Assembly: GCF_006345805.1 (NCBI RefSeq)
Contig: NC_043000.1
Location: forward strand, 12,958,001 to 13,022,000
Direction: 5' to 3'
Source: Octopus sinensis
Lineage: Eukaryota
DNA length: 64,000 nt
How positions within the stretch are numbered: the stretch's first letter is position 1; each line of letters opens with the position of its first letter. The position numbers and the translations under genes are program-made. Below the pieces are notes generated by a model, which saw only the letters and a list, made by a program, of their open reading frames with translations, had not been told where the DNA came from and made no database searches. Below, piece after piece: positions 46,885 to 57,905 of the stretch.

Positions 46885-47539
46885 GTTGGTCCTTCAAATA
46901 TTATTTGGATCGATAAAAATAACTGTAATTCGACTCTTCGATGGGCTCTGTGTCTAGCAAATCAATGTCGATCGTCTTATATATCCGCTACACATCCGTA
47001 TTAGCTGATTTATGTGCAGTGGTCATTTAGATATGCGACTGGGTCTCTATAAATATTGGATTAACTAATTTATTTATATATTTTTATTCGGGAATTTTTT
47101 AAGTACATAATACAGACAGCACAACACACTAGCCTTAAGCCGGTCCTGGTTTTAACCATGAATATCCCGTCTTTTTAAAGGTACCCAAGACTACATTCCC
47201 TGTACATGATCTCAAGGAGATTTAGCTGTTATTTCTAGCATGTGAAACGGTCACATAATTGTTTCTTTGTTGATTCATATTACAGGTGATCCAAATGATC
47301 CTTTGGAAAAGCATAATGGTACGTCATCCGATTTCCTTTCGATACATTTGAGTTCTTGTTCTTAAAGAAAGGGTATCGTTATTAGCTGAGTCTACGAGCC
47401 GGTTTCGATTCTCGCTGACATAAATTCACATCAAATGCAGTATTGAAGCTATCTTGAAAATCACAAGTTTCGGGGCTTTGCATAAGAAATTAAGGATTCT
47501 TAAGAATATATACGATAACAAAAAAAAAAAAAAAATGCA

Positions 47540-47698
47540 ATGGCATTCCGTCAGTTACAACGACGAGTGTTTCAGTGGATCCGATCAACGAAACAGCTTG
47601 TCCGTGAAATTAACGTGCAAATGGCTGAGCACTCCACAGACACGCACGTCTTTAACATAGTTCTCAGAGAGATTCATCGTGACTCAGAATGCGACAAG
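47540..47698 (+). CDS. Candidate coding exon of the divergent gene (MAFRQLQRRVFQWIRSTKQLVREINVQMAEHSTDTHVFNIVLREIHRDSECDK)
   Basis: 53 codons from ATG to an AAG|GTTAGC donor in non-repetitive, CpG-containing sequence; no homolog recognised. Confidence 0.33.
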
Positions 47699-47710
47699 GT
47701 TAGCACTTTG

Positions 47711-48122
47711 GGCGATCTTTCGTCTCTAGTAGACCTTTCCGTCGATTTCCGTATTTTTTACATATGGGCTTGCGGGAACTTTTGAAGTAATATACATACA
47801 TATACACATACACCGAGTAAAAAATTTCAGTTATCTCTCTCTTTCACACATTACTCTCTCTGTCTCTTCACACACACTAACAGAAGCACTTCACTTACAC
47901 AACATACTGTCTGTCTCCCACACCCCATCAAACACACACACACACATGTACATCAATGCTTGCCATGCACGGTAACTTCAAAAGAACTTCCCTCGTCATA
48001 AAATGGCTTTTTCTTAGTCTCTTTCGCTCTCATTACTTCAAAAGTTCCCGCAAGCCCATATGTAAAAAAAAAAAAATTTTACGGAAATCGACGGAAAGGT
48101 CTACTAGAGACGAAAGATTGCC
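47711..48122. mobile_element. MITE with about 80-bp TIRs and 8-bp TSD (Merlin- or MuDR-like)
   Basis: TSD GCACTTTG at 47703-47710 and 48123-48130; TIRs start GGCGATCTTTCGTCTCTAGTAGACC. Confidence 0.82.
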
Positions 48123-49199
48123 GCACTTTGAATTATATGTTCAACTCATTTTTGCCAGTTGGGTGGACTAAAGCAACGTGAAATTAATAATACATGAACC
48201 GTTTTAATTGAGGAGGGATACATTGAATTGTGTGGTCTTAGATTGACTGTAAAAGACAATTAGAATGACAAGTTAGTGCTCGATGGTAAGACTGCGAAAT
48301 GAGGGTCACAACGCACCATCGGGTATCGAACTTATGACGTTACGATCGTGAGCTGAAAGGTGGGTGCTCGAATAATGGAGGTTAGAATGAATGAACTTAC
48401 TCTCAGTATCGCCCGTTGGCAGAGAACAAGTCTTTGATAACTTTGGTTATGTGAGTTCCTTCATCGGTCGTAAATAGCCCTCTTCTTATCGAGACATGTC
48501 GTTTTATTTGTGCTCTTGCTTGTCATGTCTTTTTTGTTTTAATTATTATTATTGTGTAAGACCAAATGTATGTGTGTTTAATTTGTCCTACTGTCGTTTC
48601 AGTTGTGGCCAAATAAAAAATTAGAACTTAGGGTACCTTGGATTATTTCTACTGGCTTTTCTATGCTCTGGATTCAAAGTTAGTCAAGTAATGGAGTCGA
48701 TATAATTGACTGAACCCCTCTTCTCACATTTTATTGCGTTTGCAGGATTGTTATGAGGTCTTTAAAAAATCGCTTGTTAGAATTCCGTCGAGATCGACTT
48801 TGCCTTGCATCCTTTTGGAGTCGATAAAATAAATACAAGTTAAGCACTAGAGTCAATATAATTGGCTTACTGGCTTTGTGCCAAAACTTTAAACCATTAT
48901 TACTATTATTGCTAAAGCGGCGAGCTGGCAGAATCATTAGCAATCCGGACAAAATGCTTAATGTTATTACATCCACCATAATGTTCTGAGTTCAAATTCT
49001 GTTGAGGCTGACTTTGCCTTTCATCCTTTCGAAGTCGATGAAACAAGTACTGGAGTCGATGTAATCGTCTTACCCCTTCCCTTACAATTACTGGCCTTCA
49101 GCCAAAATTTGAAACCACTATTGTTATTATTGCAGTCATTGTTGTTGTGTTCCTTTTGCGCTTCCTATCTTATGTCGCTGTAGAACCGGGTCCAGACTA

Positions 49200-49520
49200 C
49201 GGCCCTGAAGTGTTATGGGGAAGATATAACATGATTGCCAGCATTCTCCATTGTATGTCATTTGTTCTCTGTTGTACGATCTTCTGGACTAAATAGATAT
49301 TCCTGTTGCCCAGGATACATTTGGTAAACTTTTCCTGTCTTCGTGAGTCTTAAAGCTTCGATGACCACAGCTATTATTTTTATCTTTTTATTGATTTCAA
49401 CCTCCAGGTTTCTGTACTTGGTCAGCTTCTTTGTGTCTTTGACGTAAGGTATTACAATGTCAACGTGTATGCACCTCTCATCCTTCTTCTCTTTGATAAC
49501 GTCCTGCTTGTCGGCTTTTT
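49200..49520 (-). mobile_element. R4/Dong-type (restriction-like endonuclease) LINE C-terminal remnant
   Basis: ADKQDVIKEKKDERCIHVDIVIPY...KKLTKYRNLEVEI resembles the PD..D...K..KY RLE domain. Confidence 0.55.
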
Positions 49521-49849
49521 TTTTTTAGCCCTTATCGAAACTGATAAATTTAAAGAATTTAGAATCTATACTTTCTTCTCAGCCAGAAGCCACTTCTTGG
49601 TGTTTTAACGAAGATCAAAGTAGTTAACAATTTGAACAACTATGTTTTCGATACATACATACATACATACGCAGGTACGTACGTTTGTGTGTGTAGATGC
49701 AAGTGTTTGTATATGCGTCACTATAAACACTTAAAAAGTTTGAGGTGAAATATTTTACCGTGAATATTTGGGTGTGTTTGTATATATTTAGGGGGTTTAC
49801 AATGATTGCCCGTCCGTCTGTCCTTTCATCTTTCTGTCTATCTAATTAG

Positions 49850-49912
49850 CTGGTTAGCCAGCCTTCACTACTGTCACTCTCTATCATTAACACCAGCAAC
49901 AATATTGACAAG
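49850..49912 (+). CDS. Candidate 63-nt phase 0-0 exon (LVSQPSLLSLSIINTSNNIDK)
   Basis: Pyrimidine-rich tract and TAG acceptor, AAG|GTAAGC donor; open in the frame that continues 47540-47698. Confidence 0.3.
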
Positions 49913-50879
49913 GTAAGCAACTCCATCTAAAATAAAGACAGTGACATGTGGTACTCTAGTGTATTTTAAAAGCTGAATAAAATATCTTTGATCTCAGGTA
50001 AATGAGGGTTGACATGAGACCAAACAGTTACTATACATTAATATGGACAATATGACTCGTCCACCATGCACACAACACCACTACAAACTCACCAACATTT
50101 GAATAACAACTGGAACCAACAGTAATAGTATCAGCATGATAACAATGTCTGTAGCTGCATACATTGTATATCAACACAACTCAGTATGTGTGTGAGTAAA
50201 ATGTTGAGTGTTTATAGGTCAAGTCAGAGGTGCAAGGAGTGAAGTGCCCTTCAACTTGACAACCTTTCAACTAACTGTAGTCATACAGTATTTCCTCTCA
50301 CCTCACTCTTCCACCTTCTCGTTTCTATATCTACATCCACAGGAATAAGACAACAGTTTTTTTTGTTCTTACAAAGCCGTTTATCCTGGTGCTATTTTTT
50401 TCTTTGCTGTATACTTGTGATGGATAATTGTTCATTGCTTCTACTGTTGTATTTGCCTATAACTCAAGATAATTGGATTTAAACCATCGAGTGTAACCAA
50501 CAGTAGTAGTGTGAAAGAGAGCTAAAAGAATTATATTGATATTTTAAAAAGGCTTGATGCTGGAGACAAAAATCAGCCGTGTTCTCAAAACATTAAAGCT
50601 TGCAATGTATACAGGAGGAACAATACATGACAGAGAGAAAAATCACGACAAATAATTGTTACTCTGTTTACTGTTTGAACCTTATTTTTTCATAAATTTA
50701 ATGTGATATTTAAAATAGAATGACTTTTGGGGATAAGATCAAATTTAACCCGTAACGAAACTCTGATAAATTTAAAGAATTTAGAATCTATACTTTCTTC
50801 TCAGTATGTGTATTGAGGATCAGACTTGATATAATGTGCTGACATGCACAATGGTAAATAAATAAAGGTGAAAAGTTTG

Positions 50880-51620
50880 TGGGACGATATCTGGAAAAAG
50901 CTGCTCTGTGAAACTTTTAATGATAAATCTTTTTTGGGTAGTTAAGGCTGGGTTGAAAGCTTTAAGAAGTGCTTGAATTTGAAGCAGCCACTGCTGATAC
51001 AGAGGCAGCTGATAATTATTCTGAGTGTCTGAAAAAAAAATGCTAAAGGAATTTATAGCCTTGAGAAAGTGTATAGTATTGATGAAAGTGCACCATTCTG
51101 GAAACTCATGCCTGCTTGAACTTTTATTTCTTGAAATGAAAAAAGTAGACCAGGATTTAAAGCTTTCAAAACTCTGACACCTTTTCTTTGAGGAAATAAT
51201 ACTGGTGATATGAAATTAAAGTCCCTACCCATGTATCACTCTGAAAACCCGAAAGCTTTCAAAGGTTATGCTGCATTTAATTTAACTTTGATTTAATATT
51301 CAAATAAGAAGGTATGGATGACTAAGAGCATTTTCAAAGAGTGGTCTGCAAACATTTTTTGTCTTACTGTAGAAAGGTACAATGCTATATATATTTCCAA
51401 CAAAGCCTTGCTGCTTTTAGACAATGCACCAAGCCACTTATGTGCATTTTCTGATAATATGAGAGTAGAATATATTTCCAAGAATACAACTTTTATGCTC
51501 CAGCTTATTGATCAGAGTGCAATAGTTAACTTAAGGCAAATTATCTGAGAAGCATTTTAAAACAACTTGTGAAAGTAATTGATAGGGAAGATAGACCTAC
51601 ATTTAGAGACATCTATGCGA
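50880..51620 (+). pseudogene. Tigger/pogo DDE transposase remnant
   Basis: Fragments ATADTEAA, IDESAPFWKLMP, PGFKAFK, YHSENPKAFKG, KKVWMTKSIFKEW, LLLLDNAPSH, with many stops and frameshifts. Confidence 0.75.
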
Positions 51621-52385
51621 TAAGGAAAGATGGTTCATCTGGAAAAGTTCTTTAGACCTCACTACATGTCTAAATTCAAGAACTGAACTTTTTGGGTCAT
51701 GTCCACATATGGTAAAACATTTGTTACGTTTTTGGTCCCCCCAAGATCACAGATAGAACCTGCTTTTTATATTATGTCCACGTACAAGCCTTTCACATTT
51801 CTTATATATTTTTTACTGCTTTATATATTTTTCTGCATGTTATTTTTTAACCTTTATAATTGTGTGACTATATACACGAGTAGTATATATCAAATGTGTA
51901 TGTGCATGCATATCTACATGTGTACGAGTGATTGTATATATACGAGTGTAAGACTCTACCTGTTGTACTTGTCTCCTTCCTTCTTACATATGTGTATGTA
52001 TATATGTTTATATATCTGCAGGTGTAGATGTGTTTGACAGACAGGAGGGTGTGTTTGTGTACATACATATATAACTCATATATATATTCAAGTTTTGTGG
52101 TGAATGTTTTATGGTTTATATTTTTGCATATATGTTTTTATTTGTATATATGTTTATCCCTATATGAATGTGCATGTGTGTATAGACTTCGTTTTATGTA
52201 TCCGCTTATGTATGTGCATGTGCATATAGAGATGTGTATATGAACATAATGATGCATGCATGGGTATATATACATGTGTATGTGCATGTATTGTATTTTA
52301 TGTACGTATGTATGTTTACATATGTACAGACATATATATATGTGTGTGTTTGTATGTATATGCATACACGTGTGAGTATGTATAT

Positions 52386-52737
52386 CATCATCATCATCAT
52401 TTAGCGTCCGTTTTCCATGCTAGCATGGGTTGGACGGTTCAACTGGGGTCTGTGAAGCCAGAAGGCTGTATCAGGTCCAGTCTGATCTGGCAGTGTTTCT
52501 ACGGCTGGATGCCCTTCCTAACGCCAACCACTCCGCGAGTGTAGTGGGGTGCTTTTTACGTGCCACCCGCACAGGAGCCAGACGGAGCTGGCAAACGGCC
52601 AAGAACGGATGGTGCTTTTACGTGCTACCGGCACGGGGGCCAGGCGAGGCTGGCAACGAACACGAACGGATGGTGCTTTTTACATGTCACCAGCACGGAG
52701 GCCAGTCGGGGCGGCGCTGGCAACGGCCACGATCACA
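52386..52737 (-). mobile_element. RTE-tail repeat
   Basis: Reverse complement of the tail, with one A+B minisatellite pair. Confidence 0.87.
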
Positions 52738-52945
52738 TCTACACACACACAAGTGTGTGTGTGCATACGTGTATGTATATGTGTACTTTCCCTATGCCTT
52801 TTGGAGTAATTTGCCTTTATTCAACAGTTTTTCATAGCATTTTTCTTTGTCTTAATAACTGATGCAATGTTAGAGCAGACTTCAGCCCCGGCATCCAAAA
52901 CTTTATTATGACAGCCAACTAATTGTCACATATTATATTTATAGT

Positions 52946-52989
<44 letters not shown>

Positions 52990-53561
52990 CATTGATGTGT
53001 AATATGGTGGGGGCGTTTGTGTATATATGGTGATAAGTGTGTGTACATGAGTCTACTGATTGTGGTATGGGTGCATATTTGTGTGTCTATGCAAGTAGAT
53101 GTATTAGTGTTTGTTTTGTACAAATGTATATATCTCTGCATATTTCTATTTTTGTAGGTGAATATACCAGTGTATCTCTATAAAGCAGTTTAATTTCAAT
53201 GCACCCTATCATGACTGTTAACACTTTTACACCTGTTTATGAGAAACCCGGACAATAATAAGAACTGGCAAACAGTTTTATTATGCTAGCTATAATAAAT
53301 TTAAATGTTTTAGCAAAGCTACTGAGAAACCATGTGCTTATGAAGCAGTGTTGCTTACCATATAACTATAATACTACATTTAGCAATATGTTTTATGTAT
53401 AATAGATATATATATATATATATATATAAAAATGAGATAGGGGTTGTACTGTATTAATGTCTAATCTTAATGCTCTTGTGTAGTGTTTTAATAAAGTATG
53501 TGATTCTGTATTATCTGATAGTTGATGAATGATTTAGATATGTTTCTCCATTTTCTTATTT

Positions 53562-53603
<42 letters not shown>

Positions 53604-53608
<5 letters not shown>

Positions 53609-53781
53609 GTAAATTAATATGTTACCATTATCCAATAGCCAAGATAAAACTCTGAGTTTTGAATGCCGAAGTGGAAATCCACAACACCATCTCTTCGGTG
53701 TTGTGGATTTCCACTTCGGCATCCGAAACTCAGAGTTTTATCTTGGCTATTGGATAATGGTAACATATTAATTTACAGATA
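53604..53781. repeat. Near-perfect palindrome, 85-bp arms and 8-nt loop
   Basis: Arms 53604-53688 and 53697-53781 with 2 mismatches; loop ATCTCTTC. Confidence 0.95.
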
Positions 53782-53872
53782 AATTTCTTCTATTTACATA
53801 ATATTGAGGTCTCTTTTGTTATCGTACCGTTTTTACCAATATATATATATATATATCATATTGCACAAATCC

Positions 53873-53904
53873 TATTGCACAATTCTCAAAATATATAGCA
53901 CTTA

Positions 53905-53935
<31 letters not shown>

Positions 53936-53970
53936 CGCTAAGTGCTATATATTTTGAGAATTGTGCAATA
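53873..53970. repeat. Palindrome with perfect 33-bp arms around a self-complementary (TA)n centre
   Basis: tattgcacaattctcaaaatatatagcacttag / ctaagtgctatatattttgagaattgtgcaata. Confidence 0.95.
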
Positions 53971-55284
53971 CGATTCCTATTTAGCTAACTTTGTTTTCTA
54001 TTCTTTGAGTGCAATTTTTTATAATTATTATTGTTTAGTCTCAGTTTAACCTAGAGCAAGCTGACCTGAGATAAAAGTGTTACCTGTCATGAATGTCACA
54101 CCTTGTTTAAAACTCAACAACCCTTTCAATTTGGGAAATGAGATGGAACAAAATCTTGCGAGATGCTTTGTTATTTTGTGAATATATATTTTAAATCACT
54201 ATACGTGTCACTGTTGGATATGGGCTCTCTCTTTGAAGATTACTGTGACACTTAGACAATCTAACTACAATAGATATTATGCAGTATGACCACAACCCAC
54301 TGAACCATCAGGATTATGACTGTGGTTTTTGAGTTCTACCAGTCACGTGAGAAACTAAACTACTAGCAACTGTTTTCAATTGAATGATATATACTTAAGT
54401 TTATCGTCAGTCTTTGAAGCCTCAGATCATACATAGCTGTCATCTGCAACAGGTTGTACGCATATCTATTTTCTCACCAGATTATTGCCTCTTCCCAGTC
54501 AACAGCCTACTATAGCTTATAGCCGAAGTCAACAAGCTGAAGGTAATAATTTGTTCATCATTTGACATTCTTTATTTGTCATTACCTAGTAGCCCCTTCA
54601 CAAGATATATACTATGTGTGTGTGTGTGTTTGTGTGCACGCGTATGTATGAATATATGTGTGTGTGTGCATGTATGCATATGTATATATATGTATATATT
54701 ATGTATCTATGTGTGAGAACATGCATGGATGTTTGTGTGCAAATGTGTGAATTTAAATAGGCTTGTCTTTAAAATTTATTTCCTTTGTCAGTAATAAGAT
54801 AAAGATTATTGTTAACTGATCAACAAGGTATTTAAAATTTTCTCTCTTAAACTATACTGTAATTAGCATATATTAAAATTTAATTTTTTTCTCCTATGAA
54901 TGTATAAAACATTACCATTAGCTTGTAAGTTATAAAGCAATTTTATATCATAAAATTACAGTTCATCATTAGATTCATTTATAAATTATCATGACTTGTA
55001 TCATTGTGTAAAAAGTCACCACTGGGTTAATATTTAACAGGATAGGGCATTTGTTTAGCAAGCTTATCAAAATATGGAAGGCGGGAAAGAAAGGAAAAGG
55101 ATTGTTAGATAAAGATTAGAATGATAAAAATTTAGAAAGTACATACACACTGACACACATTCACATGTTGGTACCTATGGTAATGTTATTTTTAAAAAAT
55201 TACTGTAAGAAAGAAGTGTAGCATCCAAGGTCTTGGACAAGTGAAATCAGTGGGGGTAGAGTTTTTGTCTGACCTCCTGAAACG

Positions 55285-55560
55285 GATTCTCTTTTATTTT
55301 TTATCTATGGACTCCCTTCCATTACTATTTTATTCTAGTGGACCCCCATAGCTATTCAATGTTTAAAAACTAGTTGTATAGAAACTTCTTTCAAAATGCC
55401 TATTTTGTTTTTCAAGAAAGAAATCTAGCTGTTTCTTGCAACACACCTAAAGCAAACTTTTTTCAAGAGCCCTTAAAATACTATTGTAGATCCCCAATTT
55501 ACTATTCATTATCTTATTTGGACCCTTAGAAATCATATGGACCCTGGTTGAGAACCATTG
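55285..55560. mobile_element. Second, diverged copy of the hAT MITE (left end eroded)
   Basis: Colinear with 10310-10643 (gaaacttctttcaaaat, aaaatactattgt, GGTTGAGAACCATTG end). Confidence 0.75.
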
Positions 55561-55688
55561 TCTTAGACAAAAAGAAGAAGAAAAAATGTAAAGATAGAAT
55601 TCCAGAATGCTTGAACTGTAGAGAAATAATTTGCTAAATTATGTAAATTTACTAAATTTGCTAAATTATGTAAATTTGCTAAATTTAC

Positions 55689-55877
55689 GTGCGGGTGGCA
55701 CGTAAAAAGCACCCACTACACTCACGGAGTGGTTGGCGTTAGGAAGGGCATCCAGCCGTAGAAACACTGCCAGATTTGACTGGGCCTGATGAAGCCTTCT
55801 GGCTTCACAGACCCCAGTAGAACCGTCCAACCCATGCTAGCATGGAAAACGGACGCTAAATGATGATGATGATGATG
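55689..55877 (+). mobile_element. RTE-tail repeat, about 190 bp
   Basis: Same start point as 40749. Confidence 0.88.
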
Positions 55878-56149
55878 TAGTACTAGATCTGGGCAAAGAG
55901 ATTGGATAGAGGAGGAGAGGTGTGTTCACTGGCTTAGCCAAGGTAAATGTAACATGGTGTCAATGAAGCCAAAGGAGCAAAAGCTGAGGTAGAGGTGGTG
56001 TAAATGACACCGAAGAAGCAATATTTCTATGGGATAGTCATTGTTGATTGCTGGTGAGTGAGTCATTGTCAGTCAGCCTATGGTGCAATGCTTGCATGTG
56101 TGACAGCAATAGCATTGTCATCCTAGATATATAGTTCAGTATATATTGC

Positions 56150-56540
56150 ACTTGAAATTTCTCTAGGGCCTGTACTAATAAGAATATGAGTAATGTCTGG
56201 TTCTAAATAGAAAGCATTGTCCCAAGGGTTGCAAATTTGCTGGACTGTGCAAACCATGACCCAAACTTCATGAAGATCATCATCACTAGTGATGAGACAT
56301 GGGTTTATGGTCCCTGCTCAATGTGTTGCCATCTTGTGTGAAAACGAAAATCTGACAAGTGCATACTACTACACATCTGTACTCTAAGTGTAACAGCCAG
56401 GAACTGATGTGGCCTACCAGTGTGAAAATTTTCACACATGCACAGGAAGGGTGGCGTCATCTCCCACCCCAAGGATTTTACCCACATGGCATTAGTTTTG
56501 ACAGGAAAAAATAAAGTCAGATACTTTTTGAATGTATCTC
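56150..56540 (+). pseudogene. mariner transposase remnant
   Basis: DPNFMKIIITSDETWVYG (ITGDETWVY-like) at 56258-56312 and a mariner-like end aaagtcagatactttttgaa. Confidence 0.55.
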
Positions 56541-57117
56541 ATACAAACAGTCCACTGTTCACAAAATGTCAGTTTGATGGAAGGAGGGAGCTAATGTATT
56601 ATGCACACATTTAATCACTATAAATATATCATTTGTGCAGACTGTTCAGCAAAAACTGAACAATCACATTCCATTATATATATACAGTGACACCTATAAT
56701 TTAGTTGTTGATACTTAAACATTGAGAGGGAGTGGTGCAAGACTATTGATTCATGTAACCAATACATCTTTATTGATAAAGGAAATGTCATGACAGGGTG
56801 GTAATGATATTGCCGGTTATATTCTTTTCTTTTCTCTTAAGAGCATTAGCAAAACAGATTACCACGCTGCTCTCAAGTTAAACATTTACTTTTCCATGCT
56901 TGCATGGATAGACAAAATTTGTTGAGACAAATTCTCTATGGCCAGATGCCCTTCCTGTTTCCAAGCAATGTTATATATATCCTCAAAGCTGGATATATTT
57001 TCATGGACCACATTTCTCAGATAATGGTAATGTTCATTAACAGCCATCACATGATATCAAAACAAGGTACATATTCATGTACATGCACACATGCACACAT
57101 ACACATACACACACACA

Positions 57118-57156
<39 letters not shown>

Positions 57157-57829
57157 ACACACATGATCAGCTTCTTTCAGTTTCCATCTACCTGAGCTAT
57201 AGTAGAAAACATTCGTCAAGATACTGCACAGTAGGACTAAACCATAGACCACATGGCTGGGGAGCAAACTTCTCAACCACATTAACCATGCCTGGGCCTA
57301 TACAATGCCTAAGTCTAAGTGTGTAATTATTTCTGAGTAAATTTTGTCAGCTTCCATGGTTTTGTCTATTTCCAGATTTTTTTATAGCAGTCTTTAATTC
57401 TTGTTTTGTAAATTAATGTTGCTGCATCACCATCCATTTCTTGGTAGACTTTATATAGCTGATGATACTCAAACCTTACAGCTCTTTCAAATTTATGTTT
57501 TGGTGAGTGGATGATTTCTTTCTTGATCTATCCAGCAACATTTTATGCTAGGAACTTCTTAGTCATTGATGGGAACATTTGAGTCATCGTATTGTTATAC
57601 GTGTGGATTTAGTTTCTTGGGAAGTTGCCAGGTGTATCTACTACATCATCTAAAATTTAAACTTTCTGTCTTCTCAATCTGTCTTTTATGTTCACTCTCT
57701 TTTGTTGTTAAAATTTATGCACAATAAATTGGTTATACTTCTGCAGTACACGACATATTTTAACAATGTTTTATACAATTCCTAATGGTATTCAATTACA
57801 AAACTATAGAATGAATTTTTAAAATTTCA

Positions 57830-57905
57830 AATAGTTATGAGAGTCCACTTAAGTAAAATAGAAATCAAAGGGGTCCAAAGGGGAAAAAATGATTGAGAAC
57901 CACTG
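57830..57905. mobile_element. Terminal fragment of the same hAT MITE, inverted
   Basis: Ends gaaaaaatgattgagaaccactg, the reverse complement of the MITE left end. Confidence 0.55.

Noticed and set aside
47286-47318. 33-nt micro-exon (DPNDPLEKHN); similar candidates at 57482-57502 and about 63616
   Set aside because: Splice-like ends occur by chance in AT-rich DNA; no homology or phase support
51699-52544. Cys/Tyr/Ile-rich ORFs
   Set aside because: Translations of degenerate (TA)/(TG) microsatellite
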